Counted from the first letter of the stretch, positions 45,841-62,600 are shown. The stretch: 64,000 bases of DNA from Eledone cirrhosa (GCA_964016885.1 OZ024741.1:410812001-410876000); one strand, 5' to 3'. The notes: generated from the letters alone by a model not told the origin. Numbers and translations: made by a program.

Positions 45841-48800
45841 TTATAATATTTTGTTCTATATCCTATGTGTTATACGTATTTCCTACTGTTATATTATATT
45901 GTTCTATATCCTCTGTCCTACTGTTATATTATATTGTTCTATATCCTCTGTATTATACCTATATCCTACTGTTATATTATATTGTTCTATATCCTCTGTG
46001 TTATACGTATGTCCTACTGTTATATAATTTTGTCCTATATCCTCTGTTTTATACGTATGTCCTACTGTTATATTATATCGTTCTATATCCTCTGTTATAC
46101 CTATGTCCTACTGTTATATTATATTGTTCTATATCCTCTGTGTTATACGTATGTCCTACTGTTATATTATATTGTTCTATATCCTCTGTGTTATAGGTAT
46201 GTCCTACTTTTATATTATATTGTTCTATATTATCTGTGTTATACGTATGTACGACTGTTATATTATATTGTTCTGTATCCTCTGTTATACCTATGTCCTA
46301 CTGTTATATTATATTGTTCTATATCCTATGTGTTATAAGTATGTACTACTGTTATATTATATTGTTCTATATCCTCTCTTATACCTATGTCCTACTGTTA
46401 TATTATATTGTTCTATATCCTCTGTTATACATATGTCCTAATGTATTATATTATTCTATATCCTCTGTGTTATACGTATCTCCTACTGTTATATTATATC
46501 GTTCTATATCCTGTTATACCTATGTCCTACTGTTATATTATATTGTTCTATATCCTCTGTGTTATACGTATGTCTTACTGTTTTATTATATTGTTCTATA
46601 TCCTCTGTGTTATACGTATGTCCTACTGTTATATTATATTGTTCTATATCCTCTGTGTTATACGTATGTCTTACTGTTATATTATATTGTTCTATATCCT
46701 CTGTTATAACAATGACCTACTGTTACATTATATTGTTCTATATCCTCTGTGTTATACGTATGTCCTACTGTTATATAATATTGTCCTATATCCTCTGTTT
46801 TATACGTATGTCCTTCTGTTATATTAAATTGTTCTATACCCTCTGTGTTATACCTATGTCCTACTGTTATATTATACTCTTCTATATCATCTGTGTTATA
46901 CGTATGTCCTACCGTTATATTATATTGTCCTATATCCTGTTTTATACGTGTGTCCTACTTTTATATTAAACTGTTCTATATCCTCTGTGCTATACCCATC
47001 TTCTACTGATATATTATACTCTTCTATAACCTCTGTGTTATTCGTATGTCCTACTGTTATATTATATTGTTCGATATCCTCTGTTATACCTATGACCTAC
47101 TGTTATATTATATTGTTCTATATCCTCTGTTATACCAATGTCCTACTGTTATATTATATTGTTCTATATCCTCTGTGTTATACGCATGTCTTACTGTTAT
47201 ATTATATTGTTCTATATCCTCTGTGTTATACCTATGTCCTACTCTTATATTATGTTTCTATATCCTCTGTGTTATACGTATGTCCTACTGTTATATTAAA
47301 TTGTTCTATATCCTCTGTGTTATACGTATGTCCTACTGTTATATTACATTGTTCTTTATCCTCTGTGTTATACGTATGTCCTACCGTTATATTATATTGT
47401 CCTATATCCTGTTTTATACGCATGTCTTACTGTTATATTAAATTGTTCTATATCCTCTGTGTTATACGTATGTCCTACTGTCATATTATATCGTTGTATA
47501 TCCTCTGTGTTATACGTATGTCCTGCTCTTATATGTTACTATATCCACTGTGTTATACCTATGTCATACAGTTTTATTATATTATTTTCTATCCTCTGTT
47601 TTATACCTATATCCTACTGTTATATTACATTATTCTATATCCTCTGTGTTACACGTATGTCCTTCTGTTATATTATATTGTTCTATATCTTCTGTGTTAT
47701 ACCTACGTCCTACTGTTATATTATATTCTTCTATATCCTCTGTGTTATACGTATCTCCTACTGTTATATTATATTGTTGTATATCCTCTGTTATACGTAT
47801 GTCCTACTGTTATAATATATTGTTCTATATCCTCTGTGTTATACGTATGTCCTTCTGTTATATTATATTGTTCTATATCCTCTCTGTTATACGTATGTCC
47901 TACTGTTATATTATATTGTTCGATATCCTCTGTGTTATACGTATCTCCTACTGTTATATTATATTGTTCTATATCCTCTGTTATACCTATGTCCTACTGT
48001 TATATTATATTGTTCTAAATCCTCTGTGTTATACGTATGTCCTTCTGTTATATTATATTGTTCTATATCCTCTGTGTTATGCGTATGTCCTACTGTTATA
48101 TTATATTGTTCTATATCCTGTTAATCCTATGTCCTACTGTTATATTATATTGTTCTATATCCTCTGTTATACCTATGTCCTACTGTTATAATATATTGTT
48201 CTATATCCTCTGTGTTATACGTATGCCTACTGTTATATTATATTGTTCTATATCCCCTGTGTTATACCTATGTCCTACTGTTATATTATATTGTTCTATA
48301 TCCTCTGTGTTATACGTATGTCCTTCTGATATATTATATTGTTCTATATCCTCTCTGTTATACGTATGTCCTTCTGTTATATTATATTGTGCTATATCCT
48401 CTGTGTTATACTATCTCCTACTGTTATATTATATTGTTCTATATCCTCTGTGTTATACGTATGTCTTACTGTTATATTATATTGTTCCATATTCTCTGTG
48501 TTATACGTATGTACTACTGTTATATTATATTGTTCTATATCCTCTGTGTTATACCTATGACCTACTGTTATATTATACTGTTCTATATCATCTGTGTTAT
48601 ACGTATGTCCTACCGTTATATTATATTGTCCTATATCCTGTTTTATACGTGTGTCCTACTGTTATATTTCACTGTTCTATATCCTCTGTGCTATACCTAT
48701 CTTCTACTGATATATTATACTCTTCTATAACCTCTGTGTTATTCGTATGTCCTACTGTTATATTATATTGTTCGATATCCTCTGTTATACCTATGACCTA

Positions 48801-50680
48801 CTGTTATATTATATTGTTCTATATCCTCTGTTATACCAATGTCCTACTGTTATATTATATTGTTCTATATCCTCTGTGTTATACGCATGTCTTACTGTTA
48901 TATTATATTGTTCTATATCCTCTGTGTTATACCTATGTCCTACTCTTATATTATGTTTCTATATCCTCTGTGTTATACGTATGTCCTACTGTTATATTAA
49001 ATTGTTCTATATCCTCTGTGTTATACGTATGTCCTACTCATATATTATATGTTACTATATCGTCTGTGTTATACCTATGTCATACAGTTTTATTATATTA
49101 TTTTCTATCCTCTGTTTTATACCTATATCCTACTGTTATATTACATTATTCTATATCCTCTGTGTTATACGTATGTCCTACTGTTATATTATATTGTTCT
49201 ATATCTTCTGTGTTATACCTATGTCCTACTGTTATATTAAATTGTTCTATATCCTCTGTTATAACTATGTCCTACTGTTATATTTTATTGTTCTATATCC
49301 TCTGTGTTATACGCATGTCTTACTGTTATATTATATTGTTCTATATCCTCTGTGTTATACGTTTGTCCTACTGTTATATTATATTGTTCTATATCCTGTG
49401 TGTTATACGTATGTCCTACTGTTATATTATATTGTTCTATATCCTCTGTGTTATATGTACGTCCTACTGTTATATTATATTGTTCTATATCCTCTGTTAT
49501 ACCTATGTCCTACTGTTATATTATATTCTTCTATATCCTCTGTGTTATACGTATCTCCTACAGTTATATTATATTGTTGTATATCCTCTGTTATACGTAT
49601 GTCCTACTGTTATATTATATTGTTCTATATCCTCTGTGTTATACGTATGTCCTTCTGTTATATTATATTGTTCTATATCCTCTCTGTTATACGTATGTCC
49701 TACTGTTATATTATATTGTACGATATCCTCTGTGTTATACGTATCTCCTACTGCTATATTATATTGTTCTATATCCTCTGTTATACCTATGTCCTACTGT
49801 TATATTATATTGTTCTATATCCTCTGTGTTATACGTATGTCCTTCTGTTATATTATATTGTTCTATATCCTCTGTGTTATGCGTATGTCCTACTGTTATA
49901 TTATATTGTCCTATATCCTGTTTTATACGTATGTCCTACTGTTATATTAAATTGTTCTATATCCTCTGTGTTATACCTATGTTCTACTGTTATATAATAT
50001 TGTCCTATATCCTCTGTTTTATACGTATGTCCTACTGTTATATTATATTGTTCTATATCCTCTGTTATACGTATGTCCTACTGTTATATTATATTGTCTA
50101 TATCCTCTGTGTTATACGTATCTCCTACTGTTATATTATATTGTTCTATATCCTCTGTTATACCTATGTCCTACTGTTATATTATATTGTTCTATATCCT
50201 GTGTTATACGTATGTCCTTCTGTTATATTATATTGTTTTATATCCTCTCTGTTATACGTATGTCCTAATGTTATACGATATTGTTCTATATCCTGTTTTA
50301 TACGTATGTCCTACTGTTATATTATATCGTTGTATATCCTCTGTGTTATACGTATGTCCTACTGTTATATTATATCGTTGTATATCCTCTGTGTTATACG
50401 TATGTCCTACTCTTATATTATATGTTTCTATATCCTCTGTGTTATACCTATGTCCTACTGTAATATGATATTGTTCTATATCCTCTGTTATACCTATGTC
50501 CTACTGTTATATTATATTGTTATATATCCTCTGTTATACCTATGTCCTACTGTTATAATATATTGTTCTATATCCTCAGTGTTATACGTATGCCTACTGT
50601 TATATTATATTGTTCTATATCTTCTGTGTTATACGTATGTCCTACTGTTATATTATCTTTTCCTATATCCTCTGTTATAC
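41710..50680 (-). repeat. Dispersed duplication ~41710-43290 and ~49100-50680 (offset 7393)
   Basis: ORF pairs 41911/49304, 42680..43075/50073..50468 and 42888..43070/50281..50463 are all offset 7393 with matching translations. Confidence 0.84.
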
Positions 50681-50699
50681 CTATGTCTTACTGTTATAT

Positions 50700-53600
50700 T
50701 ATATTGTTCTATATCCTCTGTTATACCTATGTCCTACTGTTATAATATATGGTTCTATATCCTCTGTGTTATACGTATGCCTACTGTTATATTATATTGT
50801 TCTATATCCTCTGTGTTATTCGTATGTCCTACTGTTATATTATATCGTTGTATATCCTCTGTGTTATTCGTATGTCCTACTGTTATATTATATCGTTGTA
50901 TATCCTCTGTGTTATACGTATGTCCTACTCTTATATTATATGTTTCTATATCCTCTGTGTTATACCTATGTCATACTGTTTTATTATATTATTTTCTATC
51001 CTCTCTTTTATACCTATGTCCTGCTGTTATAATATTTTGTTCTATATCCTATGTGTTATACGTATTTCCTACTGTTATATATTGTTCTATATCCTCTGTC
51101 CTACTGTTATATTATATTGTTCTATATCCTCTGTGTTATACCTATATCCTACTCTTATATTATATTGTTCTATATCTTCTGTGTTATACGTATGTCCTAC
51201 TGTTATATAATTTTGTCCTATATCCTCTGTTTTATACGTATGTCCTACTGTTATATTAAATTGATCTATATCCTCTGTGTTATACCTATGTCCTACTGTT
51301 ATATTATACTGTTCTCTATCCTCTGTGTTATTCGTATGTCCTACTGTTATATTATATCGTTCTATATCCTCTGTTATACCTATGTCCTACTGTTATATTA
51401 TATTGTTCTATATCCTCTGTGTTATACGTATGTCCTACTGTTATATTATATTGTTCTATATCCTCTGTGTTATACGTATGTCCTACTGTTATATTATATT
51501 GTTCTATATTATCTGTGTTATATGTATGTACTACTGTTATATTATATTGTTCTATATCCTCTGTTATACCTATGTCCTACTGTTATATTATATTGTTCTA
51601 TATCCTATGTGTTATACGTATGTACTACTGTTATATTATATTGTTCTATATCCTCTGTTATACCTATGTCCTACTGTTATATTATATTGTTCTATATCCT
51701 CTGTTATACATATGTCCTAATGTATTATATTATTCTATATCCTCTGTGTTATATGTATCTCCTACTGTCATATTATATTGTTCTATATCCTCTGTGTTAT
51801 ACGTATATCCTACTGTTATATTATATTGTTCTATATCCTCTGTGTTATACCTATGTCCTACTGTTATATTATACTGTTCTATATCTTCTGTCTTATTCGT
51901 ATGTCCTACTGTTATATTATATCGTTCTATATCCTGTTATACCTATGTCCTACTGTTATATTATATTGTTCTATATCCTCTGGGTTATACGTATGTCTTA
52001 CTGTTATATTATATTGTTCTATATCCTCTGTGTTATACGTATGTCCTACTGTTATATTATATTGTTCTATATCCTCTGTGTTATACGTATGTCTTACTGT
52101 TATATTATATTGTTCCATATTCTCTGTGTTATACGTATGTACTACTGTTATATTATATTGTTCTATATCCTCTGTTATAACAATGTCCTACTGTTATATT
52201 ATATTGTTCTATATCCTCTGTGTTATACGTATTTCCTACTGTTATATAATATTGTCCTATATCCTCTGTTTTATACGTATGTCCTACTGTTATATTAAAT
52301 TGTTCTATATCCTCTGTGTTATACCTATGTCCTACTGTTATATTATACTGTTCTATATCATCTGTGTTATACGTATGTCCTACCGTTATATTATATTGTC
52401 CTATATGCTGTTTTATACGTGTGTCCTACTGTTATATTAAACCGTTCTATATCCTCTGTGCTATACCTATCTTCTACTGATATATTATACTCTTCTATAA
52501 CCTCTGTGTTATTCGTATGTCCTACAGTTATATTATATTGTTCGATATCCTCTGTTATACCTATGACCTACTGTTATATTATATTGTTCTATATCCTCTG
52601 TTATACCTATGTCCTACAGTTATATTATATTGTTCTAAATCCTCTGTGTTATACGCATGTCTTACTGTTATATTATATTGTTCTATATCCTCTGTGTTAT
52701 ACCTATATCCTACTCTTATATTATATTGTTCTATATCTTCTGTGTTATACGTATGTCCTACTGTTATATAATTTTGTCCTATATCCTCTGTTTTATACGT
52801 ATGTCCTACTGTTATATTAAATTGATCTATATCCTCTGTGTTATACCTATGTCCTACTGTTATATTATACTGTTCTCTATCCTCTGTGTTATTCGTATGT
52901 CCTACTGTTATATTATATCGTTCTATATCCTCTGTTATACCTATGTCCTACTGTTATATTATATTGTTCTATATCCTCTGTGTTATACGTATGTCCTACT
53001 GTTATATTATATTGTTCTATATCCTCTGTGTTATACGTATGTCCTACTGTTATATTATATTGTTCTATATTATCTGTGTTATATGTATGTACTACTGTTA
53101 TATTATATTGTTCTATATCCTGTTATACCTATGTCCTACTGTTATATTTTATTGTTCTATATCCTATGTGTTATACGTATGTACTACTGTTATATTATAT
53201 TGTTCTATATCCTCTGTTATACCTATGTCCTACTGTTATATTATATTGTTCTATATCCTCTGTTATACATATGTCCTAATGTATTATATTATTCTATATC
53301 CTTTGTGTTATATGTATCTCCTACTGTTATATTATATTGTTCTATATCCTCTGTGTTATACCTATATCCTACTGTTATATTATATTGTTCTATATCCTCT
53401 GTGATATACCTATGTCCTACTGTTATATTATACTGTTCTATATCTTCTGTCTTATTCGTATGTCCTACTGTTATATTATATCGTTCTATATCCTGTTATA
53501 CCTATGTCCTACTGTTATATTATATTGTTCTATATCCTCTGGGTTATACGTATGTCTTACTGTTATATTATATTGTTCTATATCCTCTGTGTTATACGTA

Positions 53601-56600
53601 TGTCCTACTGTTATATTATATTGTTCTATATCCTCTGTGTTATACGTATGTCTTACTGTTATATTATATTGTTCCATATTCTCTGTGTTATACGTATGTA
53701 CTACTGTTATATTATATTGTTCTATATCCTCTGTTATAACAATGTCCTACTGTTATATTATATTGTTCTATATCCTCTGTGTTATACGTATTTCCTACTG
53801 TTATATAATATTGTCCTATATCCTCTGTTTTATACGTATGTCCTACTGTTATATTAAATTGTTCTATATCCTCTGTGTTATACCTATGTCCTACTGTTAT
53901 ATTATACTGTTCTATATCATCTGTGTTATACGTATGTCCTACCGTTATATTATATTGTCCTATATCCTGTTTTATACGTGTGTCCTACTGTTATATTAAA
54001 CCGTTCTATATCCTCTGTGCTATACCTATCTTCTACTGATATATTATACTCTTCTATAACCTCTGTGTTATTCGTATGTCCTACTGTTATATTATATTGT
54101 TCGATATCCTCTGGTATACCTATGACCTACTGTTATATTATATTGTTCTATATCCTCTGTTATACCTATGTCCTACTGTTATATTATATTGTTCTATATC
54201 CTCTGTGTTATACGCATGTCTTACTGTTATATTATATTGTTCTATATCCTGTGTTATACCTATGTCCTACTCTTATATTATGTTTCTATATCCTCTATGT
54301 TATACGTATGTCCTACTGTTATATTATATCGTTGTATATCCTCCGTGTTATACGTATGTCCTACTCTTATATTATATGTTACTATATCCTCTGTGTTATA
54401 CCTATGTCATACAGTTTTATTATATTATTTTCTATCCTGTTTTATACGTATCTCCTACTGTTATATTATATTGTTGTATATCTTCTGTGTTATACCTATG
54501 TCCTACTGTTATATTATATTGTTCTATATCCTCTGTTATAACTATGTCCTACTGTTATATTATATTGTTCTATATTCTCTGTTATAACTATGTCCTACTG
54601 TTATATTATATTGTTCTATATCCTCTGTTTTTCGCATGTCTTACTGTTATATTATATTGTTCTATATCCTCTGTGTTATACGTCTGTCCTAATGTTATAT
54701 TATATTGTTCTATATCCTGTGTGTTATACGTATGTCCTACTGTTATATTATATTGTTCTATATCCTCTGTTATACCTATGTCCTACTGTTATATTATATT
54801 GTTCTATATCCTCTGTGTTATACGTATCTCCTACTGTTATATTATATTGTTGTATATCCTCTGTTATACGTATGTGCTACTGTTATATTATATTTTTCTA
54901 TATCCTCTGTGTTATACGTATGTCCTTCTGTTATATTATATTGTTCTATATCCTCTCTGTTATACGTATGTCCTACTGTTATATTATATTGTTCTATATC
55001 CTCTGTTATACCTATGTCCTACTGTTATATTATATTGTTCTATATCATCTGTGTTATACGTATGTCCTTCTGTTATATTATATTGTTCTATATCCTCTCT
55101 GTTATGCGTATGTCCTTCTGTTATATTATATTGTTCTATATCCTCTGTTATGCGTATGTCCTACTGTTATATTATATTGTCCTATATCCTGTTTTATACG
55201 TATGTCCTACTGTTATATTAAATTGTTCTATATCCTCTGTGTTATACCTATGTTCTACTGTTATATTATACTCTTCTATATCCTCTGTGTTACACGTATG
55301 TCCTACTGTTATATTATATCGTTGTATATCCTCTGTGTTATACGTATGTCCTACTCTTATATTATATTGTTCTATATCCTCTGTGTTATACGTATGTCCT
55401 ACTGTTATATTATATTGTTCTATATCCTCTGTGTTATACGTATGTCTTACTGTTATATTATATTGTTCCATATTCTCTGTGTTATACGTATGTACTACTG
55501 TTATATTATATTGTTCTATATCCTCTGTTATAACAATGTCCTACTGTTATATTATATTGTTCTATATCCTGTTTTATACGTGTGTCCTACTGTTATATTA
55601 AACCGTTCTATATCCTCTGTGCTATACCTATCTTCTACTGATATATTATACTCTTCTATAACCTCTGTGTTATTCGTATGTCCTACTGTTATATTATATT
55701 GTTCGATATCCTCTGTTATACCTATGACCTACTGTTATATTATATTGTTCTATATCCTCTGTTATACCTATGTCCTACTGTTATATTATATTGTTCTATA
55801 TCCTCTGTGTTATACGCATGTCTTACTGTTATATTATATTGTTCTATATCCTCTGTTATACCTATATCCTACTCTTATATTATATTGTTCTATATCTTCT
55901 GTGTTATACGTATGTCCTACTGTTATATAATTTTGTCCTATATCCTCTGTTTTATACGTATGTCCTACTGTTATATTAAATTGATCTATATCCTCTGTGT
56001 TATACCTATGTCCTACTGTTATATTATACTGTTCTCTATCCTCTGTGTTATTCGTATGTCCTACTGTTATATTATATCGTTCTATATCCTCTGTTATACC
56101 TATGTCCTACTGTTATATTATATTGTTCTATATCCTCTGTGTTATACGTATGTCCTACTGTTATATTATATTGTTCTATATCCTCTGTGTTATACGTATG
56201 TCCTACTGTTATATTATATTGTTCTATATTATCTGTGTTATATGTATGTACTACTGTTATATTATATTGTTCTATATCCTCTGTTATACCTATGTCCTAC
56301 TTTTATATTTTATTGTTCTATATCCTATGTGTTATACGTATGTACTACTGTTATATTATATTGTTCTATATCCTCTGTTATACCTATGTCCTACTGTTAT
56401 ATTATATTGTTCTATATCCTCTGTTATACATATGTCCTAATGTATTATATTATTCTATATCCTCTGTGTTATATGTATCTCCTACTGTCATATTATATTG
56501 TTCTATATCCTCTGTGTTATACCTATATCCTACTGTTATATTATATTGTTCTATATCCTCTGTGTTATACCTATGTCCTACTGTTATATTATACTGTTCT

Positions 56601-59600
56601 ATATCTTCTGTCTTATTCGTATGTCCTACTGTTATATTATATCGTTCTATATCCTGTTATACCTATGTCCTACTGTTATATTATATTGTTCTATATCCTC
56701 TGGGTTATACGTATGTCTTACTGTTATATTATATTGTTCTATATCCTCTGTGTTATACGTATGTCCTACTGTTATATTATATTGTTCTATATCCTCTGTG
56801 TTATACGTATGTCTTACTGTTATATTATATTGTTCCATATTCTCTGTGTTATACGTATGTACTACTGTTATATTATATTGTTCTATATCCTCTGTTATAA
56901 CAATGTCCTACTGTTATATTATATTGTTCTATATCCTCTGTGTTATACGTATTTCCTACTGTTATATAATATTGTCCTATATCCTCTGTTTTATACGTAT
57001 GTCCTACTGTTATATTAATTTGTTCTATATCCTCTGTGTTATACCTATGTCCTACTGTTATATTATACTGTTCTATATCATCTGTGTTATACGTATGTCC
57101 TACCGTTATATTATATTGTCCTATATCCTGTTTTATACGTGTGTCCTACTGTTATATTAAACCGTTCTATATCCTCTGTGCTATACCTATCTTCTACTGA
57201 TATATTATACTCTTCTATAACCTCTGTGTTATTCGTATGTCCTACTGTTATATTATATTGTTCGATATCCTCTGTTATACCTATGACCTACTGTTATATT
57301 ATATTGTTCTATATCCTCTGTTATACCTATGTCCTACTGTTATATTATATTGTTCTATATCCTCTGTGTTATACGCATGTCTTACTGTTATATTATATTG
57401 TTCTATATCCTCTGTGTTATACCTATATCCTACTCTTATATTATATTGTTCTATATCTTCTGTGTTATACGTATGTCCTACTGTTATATAATTTTGTCCT
57501 ATATCCTCTGTTTTATACGTATGTCCTACTGTTATATTAAATTGATCTATATCCTCTGTGTTATACCTATGTCCTACTGTTATATTATACTGTTCTCTAT
57601 CCTCTGTGTTATTCGTATGTCCTACTGTTATATTATATCGTTCTATATCCTCTGTTATACCTATGTCCTACTGTTATATTATATTGTTCTATATCCTCTG
57701 TGTTATACGTATGTCCTACTGTTATATTATATTGTTCTATATCCTCTGTGTTATACGTATGTCCTACTGTTATATTATATTGTTCTATATTATCTGTGTT
57801 ATATGTATGTACTACTGTTATATTATATTGTTCTATATCCTGTTATACCTATGTCCTACTGTTATATTTTATTGTTCTATATCCTATGTGTTATACGTAT
57901 GTACTACTGTTATATTATATTGTTCTATATCCTCTGTTATACCTATGTCCTACTGTTATATTATATTGTTCTATATCCTCTGTTATACATATGTCCTAAT
58001 GTATTATATTATTCTATATCCTCTGTGTTATATGTATCTCCTACTGTTATATTATATTGTTCTATATCCTCTGTTATACCTATGTCCTACTGTTATAATA
58101 TATGGTTCTATATCCTCTGTGTTATACGTATGCCTACTGTTATATTATATTGTTCTATATCCTCTGTGTTATTCGTATGTCCTACTGTTATATTATATCG
58201 TTGTATATCCTCTGTGTTATTCGTATGTCCTACTGTTATATTATATCGTTGTATATCCTCTGTGTTATACGTATGTCCTACTCTTATATTATATGTTTCT
58301 ATATCCTCTGTGTTATACCTATGTCATACTGTTTTATTATATTATTTTCTATCCTCTCTTTTATACCTATGTCCTGCTGTTATAATATTTTGTTCTATAT
58401 CCTATGTGTTATACGTATTTCCTACTGTTATATATTGTTCTATATCCTCCCGTCCTACTGTTATATTATATTGTTCTATATCCTCTGTGTTATACCTATA
58501 TCCTACTCTTATATTATATTGTTCTATATCTTCTGTGTTATACGTATGTCCTACTGTTATATAATTTTGTCCTATATCCTCTGTTTTATACGTATGTCCT
58601 ACTGTTATATTAAATTGATCTATATCCTCTGTGTTATACCTATGTCCTACTGTTATATTATACTGTTCTCTATCCTCTGTGTTATTCGTATGTCCTACTG
58701 TTATATTATATCGTTCTATATCCTCTGTTATACCTATGTCCTACTGTTATATTATATTGTTCTATATCCTCTGTGTTATACGTATGTCCTACTGTTATAT
58801 TATATTGTTCTATATCCTCTGTGTTATACGTATGTCCTACTGTTATATTATATTGTTCTATATTATCTGTGTTATATGTATGTACTACTGTTATATTATA
58901 TTGTTCTATATCCTCTGTTATACCTATGTCCTACTGTTATATTATATTGTTCTATATCCTATGTGTTATACGTATGTACTACTGTTATATTATATTGTTC
59001 TATATCCTCTGTTATGCCTATGTCCTACTGTTATATTATATTGTTCTATATCCTCTGTTATACATATGTCCTAATGTATTATATTATTCTATATCCTCTG
59101 TGTTATATGTATCTCCTACTGTCATATTATATTGTTCTATATCCTCTGTGTTATACGTATATCCTACTGTTATATTATATTGTTCTATATCCTCTGTGTT
59201 ATACCTATGTCCTACTGTTATATTATACTGTTCTATATCTTCTGTCTTATTCGTATGTCCTACTGTTATATGATATCGTTCTATATCCTGTTATACCTAT
59301 GTCCTACTGTTATATTATATTGTTCTATATCCTCTGGGTTATACGTATGTCTTACTGTTATATTATATTGTTCTATATCCTCTGTGTTATACGTATGTCC
59401 TACTGTTATATTATATTGTTCTATATCCTCTGTGTTATACGTATGTCTTACTGTTATATTATATTGTTCCATATTCTCTGTGTTATACAATGTACTACTG
59501 TTATATTATATTGTTCTATATCCTCTGTTATAACAATGTCCTACTGTTATATTATATTGTTCTATATCCTCTGTGTTATACGTATTTCCTACTGTTATAT

Positions 59601-62600
59601 AATATTGTCCTATATCCTCTGTTTTATACGTATGTCCTACTGTTATATTAAATTGTTCTATATCCTCTGTGTTATACCTATGTCCTACTGTTATATTATA
59701 CTGTTCTATATCATCTGTGTTATACGTATGTCCTACCGTTATATTATATTGTCCTATATCCTGTTTTATACGTGTGTCCTACTGTTATATTAAACCGTTC
59801 TATATCCTCTGTGCTATACCTATCTTCTACTGATATATTATACTCTTCTATAACCTCTGTGTTATTCGTATGTCCTACTGTTATATTATATTGTTCGATA
59901 TCCTCTGTTATACCTATGACCTACTGTTATATTATATTGTTCTATATCCTCTGTTATACCTATGTCCTACAGTTATATTATATTGTTCTATATCCTCTGT
60001 GTTATACGCATGTCTTACTGTTATATTATATTGTTCTATATCCTCTGTGTTATACCTATATCCTACTCTTATATTATATTGTTCTATATCTTCTGTGTTA
60101 TACGTATGTCCTACTGTTATATAATTTTGTCCTATATCCTCTGTTTTATACGTATGTCCTACTGTTATATTAAATTGATCTATATCCTCTGTGTTATACC
60201 TATGTCCTACTGTTATATTATACTGTTCTCTATCCTCTGTGTTATTCGTATGTCCTACTGTTATATTATATCGTTCTATATCCTCTGTTATACCTATGTC
60301 CTACTGTTATATTATATTGTTCTATATCCTCTGTGTTATACGTATGTCCTACTGTTATATTATATTGTTCTATATCCTCTGTGTTATACGTATGTCCTAC
60401 TGTTATATTATATTGTTCTATATTATCTGTGTTATATGTATGTACTACTGTTATATTATATTGTTCTATATCCTGTTATACCTATGTCCTACCGTTATAT
60501 TTTATTGTTCTATATCCTATGTGTTATACGTATGTACTACTGTTATATTATATTGTTCTATATCCTCTGTTATACCTATGTCCTACTGTTATATTATATT
60601 GTTCTATATCCTCTGTTATACATATGTCCTAATGTATTATATTATTCTATATCCTCTGTGTTATATGTATCTCCTACTGTTATATTATATTGTTCTATAT
60701 CCTCTGTTATACCTATGTCCTACTGTTATAATATATGGTTCTATATCCTCTGTGTTATACGTATGCCTACTGTTATATTATGTTCTATATCCTCTGTGTT
60801 ATTCGTATGTCCTACTGTTATATTATATCGTTGTATATCCTCTGTGTTATTCGTATGTCCTACTGTTATATTATATCGTTGTATATCCTCTGTGTTATAC
60901 GTATGTCCTACTCTTATATTATATGTTTCTATATCCTCTGTGTTATACCTATGTCATACTGTTTTATTATATTATTTTCTATCCTCTCTTTTATACCTAT
61001 GTCCTGCTGTTATAATATTTTGTTCTATATCCTATGTGTTATACGTATTTCCTACTGTTATATATTGTTCTATATCCTCTGTCCTACTGTTATATTATAT
61101 TGTTCTATATCCTCTGTGTTATACCTATATCCTACTCTTATATTATATTGTTCTATATCTTCTGTGTTATACGTATGTCCTACTGTTATATAATTTTGTC
61201 CTATATCCTCTGTTTTATACGTATGTCCTACTGTTATATTAAATTGATCTATATCCTCTGTGTTATACCTATGTCCTACTGTTATATTATACTGTTCTCT
61301 ATCCTCTGTGTTATTCGTATGTCCTACTGTTATATTATATCGTTCTATATCCTCTGTTATACCTATGTCCTACTGTTATATTATATTGTTCTATATCCTC
61401 TGTGTTATACGTATGTCCTACTGTTATATTATATTGTTCTATATCCTCTGTGTTATACGTATGTCCTACTGTTATATTATATTGTTCTATATTATCTGTG
61501 TTATATGTATGTACTACTGTTATATTATATTGTTCTATATCCTCTGTTATACCTATGTCCTACTGTTATATTATATTGTTCTATATCCTATGTGTTATAC
61601 GTATGTACTACTGTTATATTATATTGTTCTATATCCTCTGTTATACCTATTTCCTACTGTTATATTATATTGTTCTATATTCTCTGTTATACATATGTCC
61701 TAATGTATTTTATTATTCTATATCCTCTGTGTTATATGTATCTCCTACTGTCATATTATATTGTTCTATATCCTCTGTGTTATACGTATATCCTACTGTT
61801 ATATTATATTGTTCTATATCCTCTGTGTTATACCTATGTCCTACTGTTATATTATACTGTTCTATATCTTCTGTCTTATTCGTATGTCCTACTGTTATAT
61901 TATATCGTTCTATATCCTGTTATACCTATGTCCTACTGTTATATTATATTGTTCTATATCCTCTGGGTTATACGTATGTCTTACTGTTATATTATATTGT
62001 TCTATATCCTCTGTGTTATACGTATGTCCTACTGTTATATTATATTGTTCTATATCCTCTGTGTTATACGTATGTCTTACTGTTATATTATATTGTTCCA
62101 TATTCTCTGTGTTATACGTATATACTACTGTTATATTATATTGTTCTATATCCTCTGTTATAACAATGTCCTACTGTTATATTATATTGTTCTATATCCT
62201 CTGTGTTATACGTATTTCCTACTGTTATATAATATTGTCCTATATCCTCTGTTTTATACGTATGTCCTACTGTTATATTAAATTGTTCTATATCCTCTGT
62301 GTTATACCTATGTCCTACTGTTATATTATACTGTTCTATATCATCTGTGTTATACGTATGTCCTACCGTTATATTATATTGTCCTATATCCTGTTTTATA
62401 CGTGTGTCCTACTGTTATATTAAACCGTTCTATATCCTCTGTGCTATACCTATCTTCTACTGATATATTATACTCTTCTATAACCTCTGTGTTATTCGTA
62501 TGTCCTACTGTTATATTATATTGTTCGATATCCTCTGTTATACCTATGACCTACTGTTATATTATATTGTTCTATATCCTCTGTTATACCTATGTCCTAC

